Below are positions 1 through 14,205 of a stretch of DNA of 64,000 bases, piece after piece (the first letter of the stretch is position 1; each line of letters begins with the position of its first letter). A program made the translations under genes and the position numbers. Under the pieces are notes generated by a model. The model was given only the letters and a program-made list of their open reading frames with translations. It searched no databases and was not told where the DNA came from. Origin of the DNA: the human T2T-CHM13v2.0 reference genome, Homo sapiens; NCBI GenBank assembly GCA_009914755.4, contig CP086569.2:17952001-18016000 (forward strand), written 5' to 3'.

Positions 1-2215
1 ACAGGGGAGGCACAGGAAGTGTGTCCTGCACTAAGAAGACACAGGAAGTGTGTCCTGCACATGGAAGAAACAGCAAGTGTGTCTTACATATGTGAGTAAC
101 AGAAAATATATCAGGTACAGAGGAGAAATGGAAAATGTGTGCTGCACTGGAAAGAAAAAGTGAATCCCCAACAGGGGAGACACTGGAAGTGTGTCATGCA
201 CAGGAGAGAAACAGGAACTGTGTCCTGCACTGTGGAGAAACAGGAAGTATGTCATGCACAGGAGAGGGATGGAAAGTGTTTGCAACACAGAGGAGAGACA
301 GGAAGGTTGTCATTCAAAGGAGAGGCATAGGAAGGAAGTGTGTCTTTCACAGGGAAGAAACAGAAAGTAAGTCCTGCACAGAAGAAAAACATGAGGTGTA
401 TTTTGCATAAGTAAGACACAGGAAGCGTGTCATGGGCATGTCAGTAAGTAACAGAAAATGTGTCATGTACAGAGAAGGAACAGAAGGTGTGTGCTACACA
501 GGAAAGAAAAATGTGTCCCCCACACGGGAGATATAGGAAGTGTGTTATACGTAGATTTAAAACAGAAAGCATGCCCTGCACAGGGGAAAAACAGGAAGCG
601 TGTCTTCCACAGGGAAAAAAAAGCTGGAAATGTGTCATGCACATGGGAGTAACACAAAATGGGTCATGTACAGACAGGGAATGGAAAGTGAGTGCTACAC
701 AGGGAAGAAAGGAAAAATGGGTCCCCCTCAAGGGAGACACAGGAAATGTGTCCTGCACAGTGGAGAAACAGAAAGTATGTCATGCATATAGAAGGACAGA
801 AAGTATGTGCTACACAGAGGAGAAACAAGAACAATGTCATTCACAGGGAAGGCACAGGAAGTCTGTCTTGCACAGGGGGAACAGAAAATGTGTCTTGCAC
901 AGGAAGTGTGTCATGCACAGAGGAAAAATAGGAAGTATGTCATGCACCTGGGAGTAACAGAAAATGGATCATAAACAGGAGGAATGGAAAGTGTCTGCTA
1001 CACAGGGAAGAAACTAGAAGTGTGTCATTCACAGGAGAAACACGAAAAGTGTGTATTGCACAGCAGAGAAACAAAAAGTGCATCAGGCACAAAGGAGAAA
1101 CAGAAAGTGTGTCCTGCACAGGCGAAAAACATGAAGTGTGTTCTACATAGGGGAGCAAAAGAAAATGTGTCCTGCACAGGGAAGAAACAAGAAGTGAGTC
1201 TTCCTTAGGAAAGAAACAGGAAGTGTGTCATGCACATGGGAATAACTGAAAATGTGTCATGCACAGAGGAGGAATGAAAAGTATGTTCTACACAGGAAAT
1301 AAAGTGGAAGAGGATTCCTCACAGGGAAGACACAAGTGTATCCTGCAGAGTGAAGAAACAGGAAGTGTGTCATGCACAGAGAAGGAATAGAAAGTGTATG
1401 CTACATGGAGGAGAAACAGGAAGGGTGTCATTCACAGGGTAGGCACAGGAAGTGTGTCTTAAACAAAAAAGTAACAGGAAGTTTGTTATGCACAGAAGAG
1501 AAACAGGAAATATGTCATGCACAGAGGAGAAATAGTGTGTGCTAAACAGAGGAGAAACAGGAAGGGTGTAATTCACAGCCGTGGCACAGGAAGTGTGCAT
1601 TGCACAGGAAAGAAACAGGAAGTGTATCATACACAGAGGAGAAACAGGTAGCGTGTCTTACACAGAAAAGGAATGGAATGTATGTCCTGCACAGGGGTGA
1701 AGCAGGGGGTCTGTCCTCCACAGGGAAGAAACAGGAAGTGTTTCATGCACAGGGGAGACACAGGAAGTGTGTCAAAGTGCACTCAATAGAGAAACAGGAA
1801 GTGTGTCATGCACATGGAAGTAACAGAAAATGTGTCACTCACAGAGGAGGGACAAAAAATGTATGCTACACAGGAAAGAGAGAGGAAGTATGTTCCCCAC
1901 AGGGGAGACACAGGAAGTTTGTCCTGCACACTGGGGAAACAAGAAGTTTGTCAGGTACAGTAAAGGAACAGAAAGTGTGTGCTACACAGAGGAGAGACAG
2001 GAAGGGTGTCATTCCCAGGGGAAGCACAGGAAGTGTGTCTTGCATAGGGGAGAAACAGAAAGTGTGTCATGCACAGAAGAGAAACAGGAAGTGTATACTG
2101 CACACCCAGGGAAAGAAAGTGTGTCCTGCACAGGGGAGAGTCAGGAAGTGTGTCCTTCACAGACAAGCAGGAAGTGTGTCATGCACAGGAGAGGCCCAGG
2201 AAGTGTCAAAACAAT
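1..2215. repeat. 29-bp tandem satellite, block 1 (forward orientation ACAGGAAGTGTGTCCTGCAC...), enters window at left edge
   Basis: Direct reading: successive units of exactly 29 bp (e.g. acaggaagtgtgtcctgcactaagaagac / acaggaagtgtgtcctgcacatggaagaa). The array ends at about 2215 where non-repetitive sequence starts. Confidence 0.9.
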
Positions 2216-2689
2216 GCAACCAGTTTTGTCTCACTTAGCGGTGACCCAGAAGCCCCCTCTCTGCTTTGAGTTCTCTCTGTCTTTCTAGACAGGACCAATG
2301 TACTTCTTACATACATTGATTGATGTCTCATGTCTCCCTAAAATGTATAAAATCAAGCTGTTCCCCAACCCCACTGATTTTACATTATAGTGAGTTGTAT
2401 AGTTATTTCATTGTCTATTACTATGTAATAATAATAGAAATACAGTGCACAATCAATGTAATGTGACTGAATCATTCTGAAGCCATCACCCTCCTCTCCC
2501 CATCCTGGTCCATGGAAAAATTGTCTTCCACAAAACCGGTTCCTGGTGCCAAAAAGGTTGGGGATTGCTGCTTTAAAAGTTCATAATGTACGTGTTTTAT
2601 AACTCAGACATTCTGATCATGGTTATTTATCCAAAATATATACAAGCACTTACCCAATCAAAGTCATGTATACAAGTATAAATAACAGT

Positions 2690-2880
2690 TTTATTTTTAT
2701 TAGCAAAAACCTGGGGACAACCTGAAACCCCATCAAGAGTTGAATGGATAAACAAACTCTACTGTATACATACAGTGAAATACAATCCAGAAATTAAAAA
2801 GAATAAAAACTACCAATACATAAAACAACACTGATTAACTTCAAAATAATTTTATTGAGTAACACTATAAAATAAAAAAG
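2690..2880 (+). mobile_element. old L1 (L1M-like) ORF2 3' fragment
   Basis: Resembles the L1 ORF2 C-terminal coding region (aaacctggggacaacctgaaaccccatcaagagttgaatggataaacaaactctactgtatacatacagtgaaatac) but is diverged. Confidence 0.35.
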
Positions 2881-3465
2881 AATGTGTAAGACACCATAGC
2901 ATTTATGTAAAATTCTAGAAAGTAAAATCTGTAGTGGAGGGAAAAATTTTAAGGGAACATGAAAGAATATGGGGAATTAACGGATATGCTTATTTTCTTA
3001 ATAGTGCTGAAGGTTCAATGTACAGATGTGTCGAAATGTTATCAAAAGTACAGATTTTAAACACCCATGCAGTTGTTTATGCCTCAGTTATATAACTGAA
3101 AATATAGTGGGTTCAGTGTAATTTCTACTTTGATGGTGCTTGGAAAAAGGGCATTTATAACCAACCCAACAAGCATAGTTACTGTTTCAAAGGAGAAGCG
3201 TTATCACTTCCTCATTAGGGAATTTGTGTTATCACAAGTAAAAATATTTCATCATAAAAATGTATAATTAGATACTATAAAGAGACACCACTGGTTTATC
3301 AATTCAATTCAACACTAGCTGATATTCTAGAATTCCCATTTCCCTTCTCCCAGATGAGATTATTCCAGTCATTATTTCTGAGCCTGAACTTAAATGAGCA
3401 TGCCAACATTCAGAAGAATGCCAGGATGGAATTTGGGTTTTAATTAACTAAGAAACCTGAATGGA

Positions 3466-3753
3466 GGCCAGGCACAGTGACTCACATCTATAATCCCAGC
3501 ACTTTTGGAGGCCAAAGCCGGTGGATCACCTGAGTCCGGGAGTTCAAGACCAGCCTGACCAACAGGGAGAAACCCTGTCTCTACTAAAAATACAAAATTA
3601 GCTGAGCATGGTGCTGCATGCCTGTAATTACAGCTACTTTGGAGGCTGAGGCAGCAGAATGGCTTGAACCCAGGAAACAGAGTTTGCCAGGAGCCGAGAT
3701 CACACCACTGCACTCCAGTCTGGGCAACAAAAGCAAAACTCTGTCTCAAAAAG
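3466..3753 (+). mobile_element. Alu (AluS-like), plus orientation
   Basis: ggccaggcacagtgactcacatctataatcccagcacttttggaggcc ... gcactccagtctgggcaacaaaagcaaaactctgtctcaaaaag. Dimeric Alu structure with an A-rich tail. Confidence 0.9.
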
Positions 3754-4439
3754 AAGGAAGGGAGGGAGGGAAGGGGTGGAAAGCTGAGTGGAGATAGGAA
3801 ACTTACTATAAGTATCTGAGAAGAGAGACTCAAGGCAGGAATGGAGAAAGCTTTCATCAGAGTTTAGAAATCTTCTTCCCTCTGATTCAGAAAAATGCTA
3901 AGTTGTTTTGACCTTCAACATATATCCTTCCACATTGAGTGAAAACTTCATCTAAAATGTGTCTGAAGCATCCCCAGCAGTAACTGGAGTCCAGGATTCC
4001 TGATAGAACTTGAAACCTGTGAATCCAACCATCTGGGACTTTTGGAGAAACCTCAGGAAGGTGGAGAGGTGTAGCTTACTTCCTAATATTACTGGCAATG
4101 GAATCATATGGGCCACTAAAATTGATTTTCAGGGAAAAGATCAAAGAGATTTAAATCTTCTGATTGGCTTTTATCTTGGCAAAACATTATGTTATAAATG
4201 TGCTCAGAGAACAAACCCTGTTATATTTTTATGTTGAAGATGTATACAGAGAACAAAAGGTACATAATTTAAAACAACATATTTGATCAGTTTTTAGTTA
4301 TGTAATTAATACACAAATATACAGGAGGTGATGACATATGATTGAAGAGAAGACATAATAGGATTTTGATAGGTGGTTGCATAAGTAACTCATTTATAGA
4401 ACAGGTTAATATTAAAACTCTTGGCATTAGTTTTTCCAA

Positions 4440-4870
4440 TTTTGTTCAACTTTTGTTTTAGATTCAGGGAGTATATGTATTGCCCCCGGGTTTGTTACAT
4501 GGATGTATCACATGATGCTGAGGTTTTGGGTACAATTGATTCCCATACTCAGGCACTAAGCATAGTGGCCAGTAGTTTTTCAGCCCTTGGCCCCCACCCT
4601 GCAGTTTCTATTGTCTCCATCTTTATGTTAACGATTACTTAATGTTTAGCTCCCACTTTTAAGTGAGAACATGCAGTATTTAACTTTCTGTTTCTGCATT
4701 AATTTGCTTAGATAATGGCCTCCAGCTCCATTTGTGTTGCTGCAAAGTCATGATTTTTTTCTTTTTTTATGGCTGCATAGTATCTCATGGTGTATATGTA
4801 CCACATTTTCTTTACCCAGTCCACTGTTGACGGGCAGCTAGATAAATTACATGTCTCTACTATTGTGAAT
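4440..4870 (-). mobile_element. L1 3'-end fragment (older L1P/L1M), minus orientation
   Basis: Reverse complement of the L1 ORF2 C-terminus and 3'UTR: ...agtgagaacatgcagtatttaactttctgtttctg...tttatggctgcatagtatctcatggtgtatatgtaccacattttctttacccagtc. Confidence 0.6.
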
Positions 4871-5564
4871 GAGTTTCTCCAATTTTAAAATAATGGTGGT
4901 AGATTAGTTTTCAGTCATATAAAAAAAGACTGTGTGGCGTGCTGTAATCTCTCAGAATCAATGATTTGTTTTACTTGAAATTGTATTTATTTTCCTAATT
5001 CCTAGAAAATTTACAAAGAATTTTATCCTTCTTTGACCAATTATTTTCAGATCTGTGACGTCATAGTCAATAGTAAATTACCACAAGGCAAGTGAGCAAT
5101 CTCCAACTTAAAGAAACATATTGTGTCAATATTTAGATGAATAGTGAAAATTTTTCAGAGTGAACATTTTAGCAAATGTAGCTTTCTAATATAAACATGT
5201 ATTAAAACAATTTATAGGTAAATATGCCTTAAATGATAATGATTTAAACAAACCCCTAAATATTATGGGAAGCTCTTTGATTTGTTTTAGCAACAGACTT
5301 AGAAACTCAACTTTACCATAACAACAAATGACAGAAGAGTAAAGTTTACTTTTTATGACAACTGCTATATTAATAACCTCTGGCTGCTTCCTTTTCTCAG
5401 AAAAGAAAAATACTAATTCATTTGTTTGCATTTTCAAATCTCTTGCTTCAGCAACTTCATGCAAAGTCTGTAAATGGGTACCATTGAATTTTAGGTGATA
5501 AAATATTTTCAAGAGAAAAGAAATCAAGAAAACATGGAGGTAACTAACCCAGAAAAAGAAAACC

Positions 5565-5805
5565 AAATACTGCATGTTCTCATTTATGAGGGAGATGAAC
5601 AGTGGGTACGTGGGAACACAAATATAAGAACAACAAACACTAGGGACTGAAAAATTTCCTGCTGGAAGCAGGGCAAGGACTGAAACATTTTCTATGGGGT
5701 ACCATGTTCACTATTTGGGTGACAGGATCAACAGAAGACTAAACCTCATCATCATAATTGTAACACACCTGCACAGGTACCTCTGAACCTAAAATAAAAA
5801 AATAT
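5565..5805 (+). mobile_element. L1 3'-end fragment, plus orientation
   Basis: aaccaaatactgcatgttctcatttatgagggagatgaacagtgggtac...taacacacctgcacaggtacctctgaacctaaaataaaaaaa. Typical L1 3' terminus with an A-rich end. Confidence 0.6.
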
Positions 5806-8610
5806 ATCAATACATAAATAATTAAATAAGAACAAGTCAGAACAAAATCACTGATATAATTTTTGTTGATAATTTATGGGGAAGACTGTCATGTAGTTAC
5901 TTTTACTTTATAATAAATTGATACTTTTTCTTCCGAAGTGTGGTAGAGATTTTTAGTTACACTCAAGGGTTTATGCCATTTGGGCATACTGACTTCCTTT
6001 CAAAAGCAGCCTTATGTGTTACCATATGAAATGGATATTTCTAGGTTCCTTGAGGGAGTTCACCTAAGATTTTCCCCTAGATATACAATACTGACTAGAT
6101 TTTTCCGCCTGTACAACACTTCATCTACATGAAATAGGTTAAGCCTTTATGGAAAATTTGAATTAGTAAAGGTTTAAAATGTTCATGAATTCATGAATGT
6201 TCCATGACCACACACCTAAAAAAAATAGAAGAAAAGAAAATAAAACACAGAAGTGTTTTAATTGAAGACAGTTGAATTGGAGTATCATTTACTGACATAA
6301 AGTAGGTGATGTTGGAAAGGCATGGCATTTCCTGGGAAGGCAAGTGACAATTGGGTTTACTGAATAAAACGGCTTCTGGGTTGATGCTGGATTGAGGCTT
6401 ATCTGTCAGCTTTGTTCTTTCTCTATACGTACTGTCTAGAGAGCACAAAATCAGGACCTGCCAAAACATACTGCAGAGCAGAGATGTCTCTCTGAGCCTA
6501 AGTTTTCAGGGGGTCCTCAGAGAGAGCTGATTGAATGGCATTCTTCTTGTTAGAAGGTGAGGGCTGAGGTAACAAGCGGGCAGGACAATTTGAGATGGAA
6601 GAAGAGGAAGAAAAAGTCTCTTTACCTCCAGTGTCAGCCTCCACATCCCTAGAGGTGCAGAGGAGTCTGTTTCTTGATCATAAGCAGGTCTAGATGGGAG
6701 GCCAAAAGAAAGTTGAAATCTGGGACAATTTCCAAAGGTAAAAGGAACTAAAGCTCAAACTAATGTCTCTATTGGGAAGGACTTACAGAAGGTGTTATAT
6801 CTAGAGTAGATCGACTTCAGAAAGTGGTTGAGAATAAACTAAAAATAAATGGTTTCCCCAACCAGTTACTACCAAGACGGAAGATCAGATGCGTACACAG
6901 AATAAGACACAAAAACTATGAGAATAAAAATATTTGGCATAGATATTATATGCTTAAAAAGGAAAAAAAAGAACAGCCTCAGGGAAAGTCTCAGTCTGTT
7001 TTGTGTCTGAAACCTTTCAGTTGCAGCTTCAGTTCTTATATCTAGAAGAGTATCGAATATGAAAGATGGTGCTTTGTTTTGTTTTGTTTTGCTTACCTCG
7101 AAAGTCAATATAAAGGTGTTTGGGAATTTTTTGTATAGGCTTACAACCTTTCTTTGTTTACTGGAGTTTCATGTCTTTGCAGGTGATGAAAGTATGTGCT
7201 CACACGTGGGTATTCAGTTCCATTCAAAGTTTCATCTCCTCTAATGCTATCGTGCCAACATCAATGTCCACCCCATAGACACCTATCACAGAAACTTGAG
7301 TCTGCCTCTGGCCAGTGCTGAGGCACAAACAGCTTTATGAGCAATTGACACTCCACAGAGGACTCACCCTTTGACATGATGAAGCAGGATATTTACTACC
7401 ACTTGGTAAACACATGTTTCTGCAAGGAAGGTCTATCATTTAAAAAATATCTTTCCACATTTTCGTTTCCCTGCACCTACTTTTAGAGTTTAAGTCCAGG
7501 AGAAATACAGTCTCAATGCCTGAGGTTAAAAATGGACAGTATTTAATCCTTGAAAACAATGTACATTGACTCATTCCTAGGGTTCACTTCATGGTGTGTC
7601 TCTTGCATCCAGGCATTGTTTTCTGAAACAATCTTTGCATGTCTGTTGCTATCTGTAATGCAAACTCCACTCTGGGACCTGATGGCACTTATTCAAATGC
7701 AAATTGCCACAAACTGCTTCCATCTTAAACTTATTCTAAGAAAGACAGCCCTAGCTTGAATAGAACATGAGAAGCCCAGTGATGACTACAGGGATCTTTG
7801 TTTCTCTGCAGCTACTTTCCTTTTTCACCTGCTTTCTTTTGGGTTCTCTGACATTCCTTGCACATCTCCTAGGCCTTTGCTATGCCTGGTGGCTCCCATT
7901 CATCCTTTTGATGCCTGCTTAGCCAAACTAGAGCAATTCACTCTGTTTGCTCACTCTCTTTTCCTCATCCACAGCAACTTGCATTTCAGATACCTCCCAC
8001 TAATTTCCTTTTAATTTCAACCTCTTGCTCCATTTCAAATCCCTGTCTGCCCTATCAGCTTCCAAGCTCCTTGAGTCTCGTTTTGTTTAGTTATTTGTCA
8101 TTTTTTCGAGTCAGACTGCCTGCATGTGTCTCTCCCACTATGAACAGTCCATGTAGTTCTGAGACATTACTTAATATTTTATGCCTCACTCTTCCATCTG
8201 TAAAATGGGGAGAGTACACCAATTGATTTATAAGATGAGGATTCAGCAGAATGATTCTGGAAAGTTGCTCGACACCTTGGCCTACTATGGATATTAACCA
8301 ATGTAATCCCAGTCCTACAACCAGATATTGAGGGGTAGAGGGAAGAAATTAGTATGTAATTTTCATGGCTGTAATTGACAAACTACAAAAGCATAAAGAT
8401 GGTCTCTTAGTTCCATAGGGCTGTTACACATCAATAGAACTTTGATAGAATTATGAGGCCCCCACAGTTCCAAAGTAATGTAAGTCCTTCTGTTTTATGT
8501 GATACATGGATAATTTTAATACTTAATACAAATTTTATACATTATATTAAAATTTTAATGAATAATTAAATTAATAATTTGTATTACAAACTACAACAAA
8601 TTGGTGTCCC

Positions 8611-8870
8611 TTTTTTTTTTCTTGAAAGAGACAGCATTTTGCTCTGTTGCCCAGGCTGGAGTGCAGCAGTGCAATCACAGCTCACTGTAGTCTCAAATTC
8701 CTGGGCTCAAGTGATCCTCCAGGCTCAGCCTCATGAGTAGCTAGGGCTACAGGTGCTTGGCACCACACCTGGCTAATTTTTATTTACGTAAAGAAGGGGT
8801 CTCACACCTGGATAATTTTTCTGTGTATAAAGAAGGGGTCTCACTATGTTGCTCAGGCTGATGTCTCTCT
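8611..8870 (-). mobile_element. Alu (AluJ-like, partly duplicated or truncated), minus orientation
   Basis: T-run followed by gagacagcattttgctctgttgcccaggctggagtgcagcagtgcaatcacagctcactgtag...cctggctaattttt. Confidence 0.8.
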
Positions 8871-10099
8871 TTTCAATAGTGAATAAGAATTCAATGAATA
8901 ATGATAAAACTATTTCGTGATTGACCTCATTTTTAATCAGCTGTTTCTATTATCAGCACTATTGCTCCATCTTCCAAAGATAGTTATTTCAAGAAATATT
9001 ATTTTCGGTAAGCTTTAATGCTTGATGTGTTTTGTTTTAACAGGTTTTTTTGAGGCCATATGAAACAAAATAATTATATCTAATGGTCATTTTCTGCATG
9101 TTGGGACATGTAGTTAGAGTACATATGTCATCTCCAGATGCTACCAGGAATCACAAACAAAATGATGACTGTCATGATTCAACTTATGAATGTATGAAAC
9201 TTACCTTGAACTTAATGTTAAAAGGGTGTGTAATGAAGTGATATCAGTCTAACAGGTTTAGCTTCCAGTAGATCATAGATTTCAAAAAAAGACATCTTCC
9301 CAAAATAGGGTAAGTGGATACTTAAGTTGTACTTTACAGTATATTTAGATTTTTGGAGTGTTAAATTCACATTGTTCATTTGAGTATAATTTCATTCCAA
9401 CCACTCAGTCAAGAATATTCCAAATATCCACCCCAAAACCCCTAAATTAGGTATTCCTATGTGGCTGGTCTGTTGTCTCCCAACAAAGTGTATCAAAAAA
9501 CTATGAGATTCTCAATATGCTGACAGTAAAGATAAATCTGTAAGGATCCTGACTTTTAAAGTACACCAAAATTTACTTTCACCCTCTCGTGAATCAATAT
9601 CATAAAGATATAGGTACACAGAAAAAAAAAAATCCTAAGATGGAAACAGGTCCAAAGAATGACTGCATCTCTTCAGTGCTGTGTAGGAACATTAACTTAA
9701 TGGGGCAACCAATTTTGTTTTTAATTATTAAAAATGAAGGTAATTGTCTTTGACCATTTGATTATTACACTAATTAATTATTACACTATGAGAAGTCTCG
9801 CATTAACTTGTAGAAGTCTAATAAGTTGCAAATGGTTAGGGACAGGTAGGAAAATAAAATGACCTTAAAGATTATAGTTGTATTGCTCCTTAAAACTTTA
9901 ACTAGCTTTGGATGTAATTTACCCAAATGATTTCTGCATGTTTTCCCTCATTTTATGTAAATATCTGTATCTCAAAGGCTCATTTAAGTCAACTGGGTCA
10001 TTTTGGTATGTGCCTTGTGTGATGGTCAATATTAAATGTTGATTTGATTGGATTGAAGGATGGAAAGTATTATTCCTGAGTGTGTCTGTGAGGATGTTG

Positions 10100-10480
10100 C
10101 CAGAGGAGATTAACATTTGAGTCAGTGGACTGGGAGAGGAAGACCTACCGTCAATGTGGGTGTACACTCTCCAACTGGCTGCCAGTGTGGCTTGAGAAAG
10201 CAGGCAAAAGAAGGTAGGGAAGCTGATTTGCTGGGTCTTTTGTCTTTCATCTTTCTCCCATCCTAGATGCTTCCTTTCCTCAAACATCTCACTCCATGTT
10301 CAGCTTCCTGACTTTTGAGGCTTTTGGACATGGACTGAGCCATTACCGGCTTCTCTCTTCCCCAGCTTGCAGACAGCCTATTGCGGAACCACACCTTGTG
10401 ATCATGTGAGCCAATTCTTACTAATAAACTCTCTTTCATGTAGATGTAGATCCTATTGGTTCTGTTTCTCTGGAAAACCA
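10100..10480 (+). mobile_element. possible MaLR/ERVL LTR fragment
   Basis: cttctctcttccccagcttgcagacagcctattgcggaaccacaccttgtgatcatgtgagccaattcttactaataaactctc resembles LTR 3' ends. This is memory-based. Confidence 0.3.
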
Positions 10481-10959
10481 TGACTAATATGCCTTGTTAA
10501 TGTGTTGGGTAAATATCTGACATAAATTCTTCATGTATCTCCATGATAGTCAGGTTTTTCACTGTTTGAACACTTTATGCTTTGGCAGTGGTATAATGAT
10601 CTCCAAAAAAGAGATCCTACCATGTGGTTAAGCAAATTTATATTTTTCTTACCTGTAGTTGTTGAGTGAACTTGGGTGTGTTGTCTAATTTTTCTAAACC
10701 ACTCAGCTTGTTAGTCTCCACAATGAAGTTTGCATGGCACAATGTGATCCAAACACGACAGCATCTGGTATATAGCACACAATCCATCATATTAGGACTT
10801 GCATGTATTAGTTTACTTTAAGATAATATGGCAGAATAATGCCTGTCTCTCCTCTGTCATCATACTTCCCTGTGGATTGCTGAGCAAAGAGAAAACTGTA
10901 CTATGGTGTTCCAAAAAAGATTCATCATTTAAAGGTGGAAGAAATAAACTGCTATGACA

Positions 10960-11745
10960 CCTTTCTAAAGATGACATACACATGACCAACAAGCATTATA
11001 AAAAATGGTCAATATCACTAATCATTAGAGAAGTGCAAATCAAAATTACAGTGAAATACCATCTCCACCAATCAAAATGACTGTTATTAAAAAGTCAAAA
11101 AGCAACAGATGCTGGCAAGACTGTGGAGAAAAGGGAACATTTATACACAGCTTGTGAGAATGCAAATTAGTTCAGCCACTGTGGAAAGCAGTGTGGTGAT
11201 TCCTCAAAGAAATTAAAACAGAAGTATCATTTGACCCAGAAATCCCATTATTGGGTATATTCCCAAAGGAATATAGTTGATTCTAACATAACGACACATG
11301 CACATGTATGCTCATTGCAGCACTATTCACAATAGTAAAAACAGGGAATAAACCTACATGGCCATAAGTGGTAGACTGGACAAAGGAAATGTGGTACTTG
11401 TATATCATGGAATACTATACAGTCATAAAAAACAACAAGATAACGTCCCTTGCGGCAACATGGATGGAGCTTAAGGCCATTATCCTAAGAGAATTAACAC
11501 AGAAACAGAAAACCAAATACCACATCTTCTAATTTCCAAGTGGGAGCTAAATATTGAGAAGATGTGAACACAAAGAAAGGAACAACAGATACGCGGACAT
11601 ATATGAGAGTGGAGGGTGGGAGGAGGTACTATTACCTGGGTGACAAAATAATCTTTACATCAAACCCACATGACACACAATTTACTTTTATGACAAACTT
11701 AAATATGTACCCCTGAACCTAAAATAAAAGTTAAAAACCAAAAGG
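10960..11745 (+). mobile_element. L1 3' fragment (ORF2 C-terminus plus 3'UTR), older subfamily
   Basis: agagaagtgcaaatcaaaattacagtgaaataccatctccaccaatcaaaatgactgttattaaaaagtcaaaaagcaacagatgctggcaagactgtggagaaaagggaacat...cagccactgtggaaagcagtgtggtgattcctcaaag...cccctgaacctaaaataaaag. Confidence 0.75.
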
Positions 11746-13095
11746 AAAAAGAAGTAGCAAAGGAGGAGAGCAGAGCAGATAAAGGAAGCACAATTGATCT
11801 GGATTTTAAAGACAGTCTTACAGAAGTTGATTGATCCTCCCTGGGCAAGAGATGGCTTAACTATCCCTGCTTCTTACTATTCCTGTTCTTGACATCAATT
11901 ATTGTTGGTGTCTTTTTCCTTAGCAAAGTCCTGATGTAGCCTGGGATATCTTTGCAACCCCAGGCTCCAGGCAGCCACTCTTTGAGGTGTTCAGAGCTGA
12001 TTTGTGATGTAAGACTTCTATTCCCACCCTTTCTGTGTCTGTTCCTGCAATTTAAGAGATCACTTGCAGATATCCTCTTGATTCAACTCACACCAGAAAA
12101 CTGATCTACTTCTGAATGTGTGCTTTAATAATTTAGGAAGCTGTTACAGTCACAAACACGGATCATACAGTTGCTAAATCCAGAAAGAAATATTTGGGAT
12201 TCTATAAATCAGTGGGAAAGTCCTATGTCATATCAATTATGTAAATTGTGGAATACTCTGTGGGTATACAATAAATTGGACAATAGCTGGAAGCCTGAGA
12301 TTTAAGATTTTTTAAAAATTCCATTAAAAATAAAATGTAACAGAGGTTTTGCAAGTGGTTTTTGTTGTTTTGTTTTTTCATACTGCTGTAGTGTTTCTAT
12401 GCAGTCAAATATTTGGAGCAAAGATATGAATATGTGTAAAAATTTTAGATGCATATGTGTAAATTCCCTTCCACAAAACTGGTAATCACTTAAAATTCGA
12501 ATGTGCATGTATGTAATCTTTTACTTTCAGTTATCTTCAAAAAAATTCCACCACTTTGTAATGCTTACCAGTTTAATAGACAAATTTTGAATCTGACTAA
12601 AAGTTCTGCTTTGTAATGTACACTGACTTTTGATGTTGGTTATGTTTTTTAAACTTTCTTTGTTTGGATTTTAGTTTTTGTGACTTCTACAACTTAACAA
12701 TTTGGGGTGCTGTCTTCTTCCAAATATTTAATAAATTCTTATTCTGTCTTCTTCTAGTTGTTTCTGTGCATTGGTTTGTAATTTTACTTATTTGTACATC
12801 ATGATATCTCATTCTAAATATTTAAATCCAAATTTTCTTTCAACTCACTTGCCAAAGGCAGTGATACAATGCAATCAATTATTCCTGAAGGAGTTTTTCT
12901 CACCAAGGATGTTTCCTTCAAAGAAAGAGGAGCAGAGATTAAATCAATTGGTTACAAGGAAGATAACAAACTAGAGTGCCTTCCTCTTAACCCCTTCGGA
13001 CATCAGTGACTAATACAGAACAAAGTCTACCCAGTACTTGTTTCTGTCCTGGTTCAATCAAACAGTGGTGCCATTTTACAGAAAGTCAAACATGC

Positions 13096-13408
13096 TTTTT
13101 TTTTTTCAGGCTTCTTCCCCCCTGCCCCCATTTTCCTAGCTCTGTCACCCAGGCTAGAGTGCGGTGGTGTTATCATAGCTCACTCAGGTCTGAACTCCTG
13201 GGCTCAAGTTATCCTACCGCCAAAGCCTCCCACATAGCTGGAATCGTAGGTATGAACAACTATGCCCAACTATTTCTTTTGTATTCTTTGTAGAGATGAG
13301 ATGTCATTACATTGTCCAGGCTGGTCTAAAACAACTGGGCTTAAGCCATCCTCCTGCCTCAGTCTCCTAAAGTGTTGAGATTACATGGATGGAGACCATG
13401 CCTCGCCT
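13096..13408 (-). mobile_element. Alu (AluJ-like), minus orientation
   Basis: T-run then ...tctgtcacccaggctagagtgcggtggtgttatcatagctcactcaggtctgaactcctgggctcaagttatcc...gtgttgagattacatggatggagaccatgcctcgcc. Confidence 0.85.
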
Positions 13409-13564
13409 CCACGCTGCTTCTTCTGTTTTTCATGAAAATTTTCTTCCCAGTTTGCTAGATGGTTCACTGTGCTGTATCTCTAAAAAAGAAATCAATTTAA
13501 GAAAATATTTGTTTAGAAAAGTAAAATAATAACAGGTGTTGGTGAGTTTGTGGAGGAAGAGGAA

Positions 13565-14205
13565 TATTCCTACTTTGTTGATAGGAAATTAGCTCAGCCA
13601 CTGTGGAAAGCAGTTTGAAGATTTCTCAAAGAGCTTAAAACACTTACCATTTGACTGAGCAATTCTATTGCTGGGCATATACCCAAATGAAAATAAGTAA
13701 TTCCACCAAAAGAGAGCAGCGCTTGTCTGTTTATCGCAGCATTATTCACAATGACAAAGACATGAAATCAACCTAGATGCCCATCAACAATCAATTGGAT
13801 TTTTAAAAATGTGATACATAGATACCATGAAATACTATGCAGCCATAAAAAAGATCATGCCCTTTACAGGAAGAAGGATGGAGTTGGAATCCATTATTCA
13901 AAGCAAACTATACCAAAATGGAAAACCAAATATCACACATTCTCACTTATAATTGGGAACTAAATATTGAGTACACGTGAACACAAAGATGGGAACAACA
14001 GACACTGGGGACTACTTGGCAGAAGGGTGAAGGGAAGCAAGGGTTAAAAATCTACGTGTTGGGTACTATGCTCAGTACCTGGGTAAAAGGATAGTTCATA
14101 CCCCAACTTCAACATCATGCAATATACACATGTAACAAAACTGTATATGTATCAGCTGAACCCAAAATAAAAATTGAAATTGTATTTAAAAAAATAAAAT
14201 AGATG
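13565..14205 (+). mobile_element. L1 3' fragment (ORF2 C-terminus plus 3'UTR), older subfamily
   Basis: ttagctcagccactgtggaaagcagtttgaagatttctcaaagagcttaaaacacttaccatttgac...ctgaacccaaaataaaaattgaaattgtatttaaaaaaataaaat. Confidence 0.75.

Noticed and set aside
3444-3857. 137-aa minus-strand ORF
   Set aside because: It is the translation of an Alu element (GSWQTLFPGF...[24 protein letters not shown]), the same artefact as at 45233..45732, 49147..49542, 26313..26679, 29861..30283, 31833..32300 and 59005..59253. Poly-K and poly-F runs come from A and T tails.
5186-5575. 129-aa minus-strand ORF in AT-rich DNA
   Set aside because: The composition is low-complexity Lys-, Phe- and Leu-rich, typical of AT-rich intergenic sequence. 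It has no domain and no splice context.
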